A stretch of 34,241 nt of DNA from Bacteroidota bacterium (GTDB taxonomy: Bacteria > Bacteroidota > Bacteroidia > Chitinophagales > Chitinophagaceae). How positions within the stretch are numbered: the stretch's first letter is position 1; each line of letters begins with the position of its first letter. The stretch lies in NCBI GenBank assembly GCA_947460795.1, contig CANHJA010000001.1, positions 1-34,241 of the forward strand. Direction: 5' to 3'. The position numbers were made by a program, and so were the translations under genes. The notes beneath the pieces were generated by a model. It was not told the DNA's origin. It did not search any database and saw only the letters and a list, made by a program, of their open reading frames with translations. Shown one piece after another: positions 10,444-19,077 of this stretch.

Positions 10444-10791
10444 ATGAGTAAATTAGTAAAAGAATTTAATGATTATAGAGAAAAAATGAATGAGGTTATT
10501 TTAGGTAAACAAAATAAAGTGCTGGGACGATTGTTTAACTTAGATACCAATACCTACATGGAAGGTGCGATAGATGTAAAAACAAAAGAAATGTTAGGAC
10601 TTGTAGCTTCAATGGTTTTGCGATGTGATGATTGTATAAAATACCATGTGTTACAATGCCATAAAGTTGGAGTAACTACAGAGCAATTGTATGAAATTTT
10701 TGCAGTTGCTAATATTGTAGGAGGTACGATTGTTATACCGCATACTCGACGAGCCGCTGAGTTTTGGGAAGAGTTAATAAATGAAAATTAA
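10444..10791 (+). CDS. carboxymuconolactone decarboxylase / AhpD-like family protein
   Basis: 115 aa with the AhpD-core CxxC-xx-H motif (RCDDCIKYH). Confidence 0.75.
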   Translation: MSKLVKEFNDYREKMNEVILGKQNKVLGRLFNLDTNTYMEGAIDVKTKEMLGLVASMVLRCDDCIKYHVLQCHKVGVTTEQLYEIFAVANIVGGTIVIPHTRRAAEFWEELINEN

Positions 10792-10815
10792 CGTTAATTA
10801 CTCTTTTATTATCTA

Positions 10816-10870
10816 AAAAGAAAATCCAAATTCCTTTAAGTTTTATACTGAGGAATTTGGACTTTCATTC
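10816..10870. terminator. bidirectional hairpin terminator between convergent genes
   Basis: An 11-bp perfect stem, TCCAAATTCCT (10825-10835) with AGGAATTTGGA (10851-10861), encloses a 15-nt loop. The tails are T-rich on both strands (CTTTCATTCTTTT on plus, TTTTCTTTTT on minus). Confidence 0.55.
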
Positions 10871-10887
10871 TTTTGATTTTTAGTAGC

Positions 10888-11814
10888 TTAAGCCACGATA
10901 TCAATATCAAAATTAACTAAATCAACAAATTGATTTAATCGGTTCATTACATCTTCATTGGTGATTTCTGTTAATCGCTCAGTACCAAATTTTTCCACTA
11001 CGAAGCTTGCCATTGCAGAGCCTACTATAATTGCCGTTTTCATGTTTTCAAAAGAAATATCTTTAGTTTGTGCTAAATGTCCAATGAATCCACCCGCAAA
11101 TGTATCCCCAGCACCTGTTGGGTCAAACACATCTTCTAATGGTAATGCTGGAGCAAAGAAAACTTGTTTTTCATGAAACAATAAAGCTCCATGTTCACCT
11201 TTTTTAATGATTACATACTTAGGCCCCATTTCCATAATTTTTTGAGCAGCTTTCACTAATGAATACTCACCACTTAGTTGACGAGCTTCTCCATCGTTTA
11301 CCATTATTAAATCAACCATTTTAATTGTTTTCATTAATTCGTCCATGGCAATATCCATCCAAAAATTCATGGTATCCATGATAATTAATTTAGGACGATT
11401 TTTCAATTGCTCAATAATTTGACGTTGCAATGAAGGCATTAAGTTGCCCAACATTAAAAACTCACAATCTTGGTAACTCTCAGGAACTTTTGGATCAAAC
11501 TTTTCCAATACGTTTAAATCTGTAATCAATGTATCTCGAGTATTCATATCCATATGATATTTTCCACTCCAGAAAAAAGATTTTTCATCTTTCAAAACTT
11601 CAACCCCTTCAAATTGAACACCACGAGCGCTCAACGCATCCAATTCTCCCTGAGGAAAATCTCCTCCAATAATGGAAATTTGTTTAATTGGCTGTGTAAA
11701 ATGAGAAGCACTCCAAGCTGCATAGGTAGCGGATCCTCCAATAATTTTATCTGTTTTTCCAAATGGTGTTTCAATAGCATCAAAAGCCATTGTACCTGCA
11801 ATCATTAATGACAT
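10888..11814 (-). CDS. PfkB/ribokinase-family carbohydrate kinase
   Basis: 308 aa with the C-terminal signature DPTGAGDTFAGGF and an N-terminal GGSA motif. Confidence 0.85.
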   Translation of the reverse strand: MSLMIAGTMAFDAIETPFGKTDKIIGGSATYAAWSASHFTQPIKQISIIGGDFPQGELDALSARGVQFEGVEVLKDEKSFFWSGKYHMDMNTRDTLITDLNVLEKFDPKVPESYQDCEFLMLGNLMPSLQRQIIEQLKNRPKLIIMDTMNFWMDIAMDELMKTIKMVDLIMVNDGEARQLSGEYSLVKAAQKIMEMGPKYVIIKKGEHGALLFHEKQVFFAPALPLEDVFDPTGAGDTFAGGFIGHLAQTKDISFENMKTAIIVGSAMASFVVEKFGTERLTEITNEDVMNRLNQFVDLVNFDIDIVA

Positions 11815-11831
11815 AGTAAAATAAATTTTTG

Positions 11832-11862
11832 CAAAGTTAACTCTTGCGGTTAGCTTATCAAA
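11832..11862 (-). promoter_or_regulatory. sigma-A promoter of the PfkB kinase gene
   Basis: On the minus strand, TTTG (11862-11859), exactly 19 nt, then TAACTTTG (11839-11832) match TTTG-N19-TAnnTTTG. The ATG lies 18 nt downstream of the -7 box. Confidence 0.7.
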
Positions 11863-11888
11863 TATTTAAAGAAGGAATTAAACACACG

Positions 11889-13088
11889 TTATTCAGCCTT
11901 TTTATTAATTATAATGATTTTTTCATTCTTAAAATTGGTTGTCACAAACAAATAAAGATCTCCACCATCTTTAATCCCTAATTTCTTCCTTACCTCATTC
12001 GTAGAAATCGGGAAATTTCGAACAGCAATATTAGCTTGCATTTCAGGAATCATTCGAGCTATTTCTTTTTTGTCAAATTTTGTTATGGCATCAATTTTAA
12101 ATGTTCGACCCGGAAAATTTTCAATTAAATTCTCAGAAGTATATAAATGTGTGTGCGGATGCAATTTTTTTAATCCCAATTGTTGTCCAATTATTTTAAA
12201 CGCACCCGCTTTCATTATAGAAGCATTGGGTTCATATAAATAATAGAGTGGTTCAGCATATTCAGAAATTGTTTGTTTTTCATCTTTCAAATAATAATCA
12301 AAAATTTGCTTTCCTTTTTTATCAAAGTTAATAGTGGTTATTTTTATTTCATTTTCATATCCTTTTTCTAATAGAAAAAGCAATTCTTTGCATTCATTAT
12401 CTACTGAAATTACATGTACTTCTTTTACAAATTTTAATTCGGCAATCGCTTTGGAAATATCGAGTAGAGGAGAGGTTTTAATTAAAATTTTGGATGAAAG
12501 AGTAAATAATTTATCTAAAATTGAAACTACATTGGGTTCATATTCAGTTAATGAAACAACTTTATTTCCTTGCTCATTTCTTCGAGCTGGATCAATGTAA
12601 ATTAAATCAACTTTCTCATTAAATTCATTGATAAAATCAATGCTATCAATGCCTACAGCTATTTTTACATTCGTTTGATTGAGTACAAAAAAATTATGTA
12701 AATCTATTTCTGCTAATTCTTGGTTTCGTTCTATTAAAATGCCCTGCTCAAACTGTTTGGCAATAAATAAGCTGTCAATGCCCATGCCGGTAGTTAAGTC
12801 GATAAAGGTTTTTCCTTTTAATAAACTGGCTTTGTAATTGGCGGTAATTTCAGAAGAACTTTGTTCTAAACTCAAGGATACAGGAAAAATAATTTCATTG
12901 CAATTATAGATCGAAGGTAATTTTTTTTGAATTTTTTTCCTGCTTAAAACTTGGTGCCTTATTTTTTTATCAATCGATAAATTGGAAGAAATATCTTGAT
13001 TGATAGTTTCTATTTTTAAAATTTGTTCTTGTTCTAAACGAGTTAAAGCAATTTTTGAATTAAAAAAAGGGGACTGTAAATCTAACAT
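11889..13088 (-). CDS. class I SAM-dependent methyltransferase with a THUMP-like C-terminal region (probable RNA methyltransferase)
   Basis: 399 aa with the SAM motif IDLTTGMGIDS and a DLIYIDPARR block. The overall layout matches the about 390-aa Bacteroidota methyltransferases of this type. The family assignment is from memory. Confidence 0.65.
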   Translation of the reverse strand: MLDLQSPFFNSKIALTRLEQEQILKIETINQDISSNLSIDKKIRHQVLSRKKIQKKLPSIYNCNEIIFPVSLSLEQSSSEITANYKASLLKGKTFIDLTTGMGIDSLFIAKQFEQGILIERNQELAEIDLHNFFVLNQTNVKIAVGIDSIDFINEFNEKVDLIYIDPARRNEQGNKVVSLTEYEPNVVSILDKLFTLSSKILIKTSPLLDISKAIAELKFVKEVHVISVDNECKELLFLLEKGYENEIKITTINFDKKGKQIFDYYLKDEKQTISEYAEPLYYLYEPNASIMKAGAFKIIGQQLGLKKLHPHTHLYTSENLIENFPGRTFKIDAITKFDKKEIARMIPEMQANIAVRNFPISTNEVRKKLGIKDGGDLYLFVTTNFKNEKIIIINKKAE

Positions 13089-13136
13089 TTCTCTCTAATT
13101 GTTATTGATAGTCTTATAGACTTTGAAGCAAATGAA

Positions 13137-13913
13137 TTATAAATTTCTTGCTACAATTTCTGCAATATCCAATACTTGTATTTCATCTTCCTTTTCGTTG
13201 TTTTTAACCCCATCATTTAACATGGTTAAACAAAATGGACAATTGGAAGCAACTACTGTTGCTCCTGTTTCTAAAACATCTTTTGTGCGTTCCATATTGA
13301 TGCGAATACTTCCAGGTTCATCTTCTTTAAACATTTGAGCGCCACCTGCACCACAACATAAACCATTTGTTTTACAACGTTTCATTTCCACCAATTCTGC
13401 ATCCAATGTTTGCAAAACTTCTCTAGGAGCTTCATAAATATTGTTTGCACGACCTAAATAACAACTATCATGATACGTGATTTTTTTTCCTTTAAACTCG
13501 CCACCGTCTTTTGTTTTTAATTTACCTTCATTTATTAATTGTTGTAAATAAACAGCATGTGAAATAACTTCATAATTACCTCCCAATTCTGGGTATTCAT
13601 TTTTTAAGGTATTAAAACAATGAGGACAAGTTGTAACAATTTTTTGTACGCCATACATATTCATTAATTGAATATTGTTGTACGCCATCATTTGAAATAA
13701 AAATTCATTTCCTGCACGACGAGCTGGATCACCTGTACAACCTTCTTCTTTGCCCAAAATAGCAAATTTAGTTCCTACATGATTTAATATTTCTACAAAA
13801 GCTTTTGTTACTTTTTGTGCTCTGGCATCAAAACTACCAGCACATCCAACCCAAAAAAGGATTTCTGGTGTTTCATTGTTTGCTTGAAATTCGGCGTATG
13901 TTCTAACTGTCAT
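13137..13913 (-). CDS. (Fe-S)-binding oxidoreductase subunit with two CCG cysteine-rich domains (HdrD/GlpC/LutA-like)
   Basis: 258 aa with Cys motifs TTCPHC, LCCGAGG and SNCPFC. It sits directly downstream of the membrane ferredoxin-domain partner. Confidence 0.8.
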   Translation of the reverse strand: MTVRTYAEFQANNETPEILFWVGCAGSFDARAQKVTKAFVEILNHVGTKFAILGKEEGCTGDPARRAGNEFLFQMMAYNNIQLMNMYGVQKIVTTCPHCFNTLKNEYPELGGNYEVISHAVYLQQLINEGKLKTKDGGEFKGKKITYHDSCYLGRANNIYEAPREVLQTLDAELVEMKRCKTNGLCCGAGGAQMFKEDEPGSIRINMERTKDVLETGATVVASNCPFCLTMLNDGVKNNEKEDEIQVLDIAEIVARNL

Positions 13914-13958
13914 TTTTATAATTTTTTTATTTTTTCAATGGAATTTTAGTTTCTAAAT

Positions 13959-15275
13959 TTAATTATTTGTCCAAGCATCTCTGTCATCCGGACTAAATTT
14001 CCATGGGGCCATGTTATTTTCAATATTGCTGAACATTCCATTCCACTCTTGTGGAGCATTGCTTTCTTCCATTACCAAATTTCTGCGTAATTGCATAATA
14101 ATGTCTAATGGTGAAATTGAAACTGGGCATTCTTGTACACACGCATTGCAAGTTGTACATGCACGAAGCTCTTCTACAGTAATGTAATCATGCAACAATG
14201 TTTTGCTGTCGTCTTTAAATTCTTTGTTTATATTGATGTTTTTACCAACTTCTTCTAATCTATCACGAGTAGCCATCATTATTTTTCGAGGAGATAATTT
14301 TTTATCAGTTATGTTGGCAGGACAAGCTGCTGAGCATCTTCCACATTCTGTGCAACTATATGCATCCATCAAATTTTTCCAACTTAAATCAAATACATCT
14401 TTCGCACCAAATTTCATTACTGCATTGGCATCTGTTCCAGTAGGAGCTAGCTCGGGTTGCATCATGTATAATACTTCATTTTGAATTTCAGGCATATTCG
14501 CAATTTTACCTTTTGCATCCAGTCGAGCATAAAATGCATTCGGAAACGCAAGAATTACATGCAAATGTTTCGAATAAGGTAAATAATTCATGAATAGGAA
14601 AATACCTATGATGTGCATCCACCAAGAAGCACGTTCAATACCCATTAATGACCCTTCGCCCAATCCGCTAAAAATAGGTGCAATGAATTGAGAAATCCAA
14701 AAAGGAGAAGTTTGTGTGTAATGTTCAGCATGTAAGACTTGTAAATTAATATCAACTGCGTTCATGATTAAAAACAAACTCATCAATACGATTTCAAATA
14801 CCAAAATTAAATTGGCGTCGTTTCTTGGTTGTGCTTCCAATAATTCACCTCTATTTAAGCGATTTACTTTCGTTACATTTCTTCTAATTGCGAAAATTAC
14901 GCAAGCTACTAATACTAAAAGCGCTAATATCTCAAAACAACCTATTAGGAAATCATAAAAACCGCCCAATAATGGAGCAAATAATCGATGATGGCCCGTA
15001 ATTCCATCTAAAATAATTTCAACAATTTCTATATTTATGATAATAAAACCTACATAAACAAAAAGATGTAAAACAGCCACTAATGGGTTTGAAAACATCT
15101 TTTTTTGACCTAATGCATTCATCATTACATTTTGCCACCGCTGTTTTGGTTGGTCAGTTAAATCTTCGTCTTTTCCTAATAAAATATTCCTGCGAATTTC
15201 CATTACTTTTTTTGAAAATAAGAAAATGGCAATTGCAGAAATAATAATAAATGCTATTTGTTGAATAATCATCAT
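13959..15275 (-). CDS. membrane-anchored 4Fe-4S dicluster protein (NarI/DsrM-like membrane domain fused to a DsrK/HdrD-like ferredoxin domain)
   Basis: 438 aa. The N-terminal roughly 240 aa carry about 5-6 TM helices. Two CxxCxxCxxxCP motifs follow (CTECGRCSAACP, CTTCNACVQECP). Confidence 0.8.
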   Translation of the reverse strand: MMIIQQIAFIIISAIAIFLFSKKVMEIRRNILLGKDEDLTDQPKQRWQNVMMNALGQKKMFSNPLVAVLHLFVYVGFIIINIEIVEIILDGITGHHRLFAPLLGGFYDFLIGCFEILALLVLVACVIFAIRRNVTKVNRLNRGELLEAQPRNDANLILVFEIVLMSLFLIMNAVDINLQVLHAEHYTQTSPFWISQFIAPIFSGLGEGSLMGIERASWWMHIIGIFLFMNYLPYSKHLHVILAFPNAFYARLDAKGKIANMPEIQNEVLYMMQPELAPTGTDANAVMKFGAKDVFDLSWKNLMDAYSCTECGRCSAACPANITDKKLSPRKIMMATRDRLEEVGKNININKEFKDDSKTLLHDYITVEELRACTTCNACVQECPVSISPLDIIMQLRRNLVMEESNAPQEWNGMFSNIENNMAPWKFSPDDRDAWTNN

Positions 15276-15307
15276 ATAAATAAATTAGTATAGCTTTTAG
15301 CTGACTA

Positions 15308-15338
15308 CAAAAATAATCGGAATGTTTACAATTGCAAT
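15308..15338 (-). promoter_or_regulatory. candidate sigma-A promoter of the Fe-S operon
   Basis: The minus strand reads ATTG (15338-15335), 19 nt, then TATTTTTG (15315-15308). The -7 box is exact and the -33 keeps the TTG core. The ATG is at 15275. Confidence 0.6.
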
Positions 15339-15532
15339 CATTTTATTTATATAAAATTCAATAATTTACGTATTAAATTTAAATGGTTAGTAAAATGAAA
15401 GTAATTAAAGTATTAACAGCCTATAAATATTGATTTATAAGCAACTTTTAGTTCAATTTTTACTGGTATTCATTTTAATTGATAGACTATTGAATTTTAT
15501 TTTTTTGAGATCTGAAAACAAATAAAATTCTT

Positions 15533-15540
15533 TACTTTTG
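15533..15540 (+). promoter_or_regulatory. -7 box upstream of the PyrR-like gene
   Basis: TACTTTTG matches TAnnTTTG exactly. It overlaps the TTG (15538) that the ORF track uses as a start, which favours the ATG at 15565. There is no well-spaced -33; the nearest TTTG (15504-15507) is 25 nt away. Confidence 0.45.
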
Positions 15541-15564
15541 AAGCTCCAAACAAGAAAATATAAT

Positions 15565-16059
15565 ATGCCTCATATACAATTGTTAGATTCGTCAAAAGCT
15601 CAACAAATCATTAAGCGCATGGCTTATGAAATTTATGAAAATAATATTGATGAAAAAGAAATTACCCTAATTGGCATACAAGAAAGAGGTGTAGATATTG
15701 CTCATCTATTACAAAAAGAAATTGAGGAGATTTCAAAACTAAAAATAGTGACCGCTAGCATCGACATCGATAAAAACAACCCTTTAAATCCTAAAATCAC
15801 AGATAAAATTAAAATTGCAAACAAAAATATTATTGTTGTAGATGATGTAGCGAATTCTGGTAAAACGATATTGTATGCCTTGAAATGCCTTTTGCATGAG
15901 ATTCCTAAAAAAATTCAAATAGCGGTTTTAATTGATAGAAAACACAAATTATTTCCTATATCCTCTGATTTCATAGGCATGCAAATTTCTACCACGTTGA
16001 AAGAGCATATCAAAGTGATCGTAGAAAAAGGGAATATTGTTGCAGCGATTTTAGAATAA
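15565..16059 (+). CDS. pyrR: PyrR-family phosphoribosyltransferase (pyr operon regulator / uracil PRTase-like)
   Basis: The product aligns by eye to PyrR: ILD..QI.R....EI.E.N, LIGIQERG, the PRPP loop IIVVDDVANSGKT and IQIAVLIDRKHKLFPI. I moved the start to the ATG at 15565; the track has TTG 15538. Confidence 0.7.
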   Translation: MPHIQLLDSSKAQQIIKRMAYEIYENNIDEKEITLIGIQERGVDIAHLLQKEIEEISKLKIVTASIDIDKNNPLNPKITDKIKIANKNIIVVDDVANSGKTILYALKCLLHEIPKKIQIAVLIDRKHKLFPISSDFIGMQISTTLKEHIKVIVEKGNIVAAILE

Positions 16060-16105
16060 TTTTATTGTAGATATTCATAAGATTGGATTGCTTTTCACGA
16101 ACTAT

Positions 16106-17641
16106 TTATTCAGTTTCTTTTTTCATGCCAAATTTTTCTCGAATCTTATCAAACTTTTTATCATTCCAATTAATTAATATGTAGAAATATTCCTTTACTT
16201 TTTCAGGATTTTTTTCTACATAATCTTTAAACTGACTATAAATATCATGATGAAATAATGTGATAAAAACATAGCATTCTAAATATCCCATTTTTTGCAT
16301 TGCCCGAGCAAAAGGGAAATATTCTTTGTCTGTTTTATTCAACATTTTTTTCCAAGAATATATTTCTGCGTATTTTTCAATTGATTTTTCATTCGGCTTT
16401 CGTATCCCTAAACTGTCGTATTTATTAAAAACATCCGCTTTGGTTTCTTGGTAATGCCACCAAGGAGTTTTCTTTTCCGCTACAATTTCTTCAAAATTAT
16501 AAATTGTACTAATCGGGAAAACCTCTCTACTAATCCATTGATTGTCAAATTGAGTTCCAGATTTATTTACTGAGCGCTTTAAAAATGCAAAAAATTGATG
16601 TTCCGGATAAACCATAATGGCTTCTATAATGTGTGAAGCGGCTTCTGTATAATTCCCAACTGAATAATTATATAAAGCGAGTTTCTCAAATGCATCGGGT
16701 AAATTAGGATTTATATAGGTAGCCGTTTGAAATTCTTTAATGGCTGCCGTGTCGTTGTTTAAAAGAAAATAACAATTTCCTAAATAAATATGGGCGTTGT
16801 AAAATGGAGGGTATATTTCAATTGTCTTTTGCAACAAAGAGGTTGCTAAAGGAACATTTCTTGCATGAAATTCTACTAACGCTTCATGGTATAAATCGAG
16901 GGCTTCATCGGGTGCAAATAAATCAGTATTAATTGTATCTATTAAAAATGTTCTTAAATAATAGGATGCTGAATCTACTATATTTAATTGTCTTGTTGCT
17001 TTTCTACAATTTTGTAAAAAATCATATTGATATGTTTCGTAAGGAATTATTGCCAAACTTTCTAGGGTCTCTGCTTCTCCTCTTAAATCTTTAAATGCTC
17101 TTTTTAATTCTTTCGAATCTCCATTTGGTTCGTTTTCTAGTAAGTTACTTTTATTGCTAGAAGTGTCATTTTCTTCTTCAATATCAAAAGGTGTTTGAGA
17201 TGAAAAATCTTTTTCTATTTTGCTCGATTTTTTATTTGATGGTTCATTATCTCTATTTAATCCAAAATCGGATAGTGTTGCTGGCTTTTTACTGATATAT
17301 TGAAGGGTGTCATTGGTTTCAAAGCCATCTGTTGTATCTTGTTCAATATTAGCAGTTTTAGAAGTAGGAATGCCCTCCAGGATGTATGCTTTTTTAATAT
17401 CTCGCAATACTTGACGTTGTACTTGGACCAATGCTTCATGGTAATAAGCATCGTTTGGATGCTCTTTTACTAAATCTTTTAAAATTCGTTCTCCTTCGTA
17501 AATTTTAAAGTTGTTGAGTAATTTTTTTGCCCTAATAACTCTTCTTTTCTCCGAATCTGGTATTTTAGGGTCTACTACTTTCTGCGCAAATCCTAAGTTG
17601 GATATTAAAAAAAGTAACGTATATAAAAGTAGGTGCTTCAT
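16106..17641 (-). CDS. secreted TPR-repeat protein
   Basis: I moved the start to the ATG giving MKHLLLYTLLFLISNLGFAQ, a signal peptide; the track TTG is 12 codons upstream. TPR-like helices appear in both halves, with an acidic, Ser-rich linker. Confidence 0.7.
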   Translation of the reverse strand: MKHLLLYTLLFLISNLGFAQKVVDPKIPDSEKRRVIRAKKLLNNFKIYEGERILKDLVKEHPNDAYYHEALVQVQRQVLRDIKKAYILEGIPTSKTANIEQDTTDGFETNDTLQYISKKPATLSDFGLNRDNEPSNKKSSKIEKDFSSQTPFDIEEENDTSSNKSNLLENEPNGDSKELKRAFKDLRGEAETLESLAIIPYETYQYDFLQNCRKATRQLNIVDSASYYLRTFLIDTINTDLFAPDEALDLYHEALVEFHARNVPLATSLLQKTIEIYPPFYNAHIYLGNCYFLLNNDTAAIKEFQTATYINPNLPDAFEKLALYNYSVGNYTEAASHIIEAIMVYPEHQFFAFLKRSVNKSGTQFDNQWISREVFPISTIYNFEEIVAEKKTPWWHYQETKADVFNKYDSLGIRKPNEKSIEKYAEIYSWKKMLNKTDKEYFPFARAMQKMGYLECYVFITLFHHDIYSQFKDYVEKNPEKVKEYFYILINWNDKKFDKIREKFGMKKETE

Positions 17642-17688
17642 TAATTTGACAGTAAAAAACTGTTCACAAAATAACATTTTTTATTTTA

Positions 17689-19071
17689 TTAATAGCCAGA
17701 TTGAGTTAAGTATTTCTTTGCTAATTCAAAGTCTTCTGGGGTATCAATTGATATTCCAATTTCATTTACAACAGCCATGTATACATTCATCCCATTTTCA
17801 AGCATTCGTAAGTTTTCTAATTTTTCGGTTCGTTCAAGTTGTGATATAGGCATTTGGGTAAATGCTAATAAACTTTCTTTTTTGAATGCATATACACCTA
17901 TGTGTTTATAAAATTGTTGGTTGCTTTTTTCATCTCTCACATAAGGAATTGGAGAACGAGAAAAATACATGGCTTTGAAATTTTTATCTACAACTACTTT
18001 TACACAATTTGGGTTTTGTATGGTGTCATTGTTTGTGATTGGTAAAATTAAAGAGCCAACATCTACCATTGAATTATTAAATAAAGCAATTACTTTTTCA
18101 AGTGCGTCTTTTGAAATAAATGGTTCATCGCCCTGCACGTTTACAATGATGTCTGCATCAATTGTTGTTGCTATTTCAGCTATTCTATCTGTTCCACTTT
18201 CATATTCTTTTGAGCTTAAAACGGCTTTGCCTCCATTTTTTTGTATTTCATTGAATATGGTTTCTTCATCACAAACAACGATCACATCGTCAAATAAATT
18301 CATTTTTGTTATGGCCTCATAGGTTCGAAGAATTATTGTTTTGCCATCCAGTTCTTTCATTAATTTTTGAGGAAATCTTGATGCATTTAAGCGGGCAGGA
18401 ATTAATGCAACTATTTTATTTGTTTGATTTTCTTTTTTTTGATAGTTAAAAATATATTCAATTGTGGCAAATATCATTAGGGTGATGATAGTGCCTGCAA
18501 TGCTCCCAGCGTATATATCTTCAAAAAAATGTTGTCCTAAATAGATGCGTGAAAATCCAACGCACAATGCCAAAACAAAAAACAGGAGTGACCACTTTTT
18601 GTATTGTTTTGGTAAAAACAATGACAATAGCATGAAAAACCCAAAAGCCCCTAATGTATGGCCAGAAGGGAAACTGTTGTTTAAATAATTATCCAACCAA
18701 GAAACTGTTTGAACTTTTGACAAACCATAATATGAAATCGGCCTTGGTCTATTGAAAAAATATTTAGTATAATAAATGATAGTAGGTATTGATATGCCAA
18801 ATACTAAACTGGTAATTATATATTGGCGATTTCGATAAATAGGAATTATTAATAACCAAATTAATAGGATGGCAATTACATCACCTCTTCCATAAGCGCT
18901 AAATACATCGTTTAATATATTTAATGTGGGTGTATGTGTATGATTGATAGGAAAAAATAATTCGTCTTTTGTTTTTATTAATAACAAAGCGCCTCCCAAT
19001 AAAAACCAAATGAGTGCAGGAATTATAAAATATAAATTATTTAAAATAGACTCTTTAATTATTTTTTTCAA
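17689..19071 (-). CDS. kdsB: fusion protein: N-terminal PAP2 (acid/lipid phosphatase) membrane domain plus C-terminal 3-deoxy-manno-octulosonate cytidylyltransferase (CMP-Kdo synthetase)
   Basis: 460 aa. Residues about 1-215 carry six TM helices and all three PAP2 motifs: KYFFNRPRP (Kx6RP), PSGH and SRIYLGQHFFED (SRx5Hx3D). Residues about 216-460 carry KdsB blocks IVALIPARLNASRFP, ESGTDRI and VNVQGDEP. Confidence 0.85.
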   Translation of the reverse strand: MKKIIKESILNNLYFIIPALIWFLLGGALLLIKTKDELFFPINHTHTPTLNILNDVFSAYGRGDVIAILLIWLLIIPIYRNRQYIITSLVFGISIPTIIYYTKYFFNRPRPISYYGLSKVQTVSWLDNYLNNSFPSGHTLGAFGFFMLLSLFLPKQYKKWSLLFFVLALCVGFSRIYLGQHFFEDIYAGSIAGTIITLMIFATIEYIFNYQKKENQTNKIVALIPARLNASRFPQKLMKELDGKTIILRTYEAITKMNLFDDVIVVCDEETIFNEIQKNGGKAVLSSKEYESGTDRIAEIATTIDADIIVNVQGDEPFISKDALEKVIALFNNSMVDVGSLILPITNNDTIQNPNCVKVVVDKNFKAMYFSRSPIPYVRDEKSNQQFYKHIGVYAFKKESLLAFTQMPISQLERTEKLENLRMLENGMNVYMAVVNEIGISIDTPEDFELAKKYLTQSGY

Positions 19072-19077
19072 AATGAA

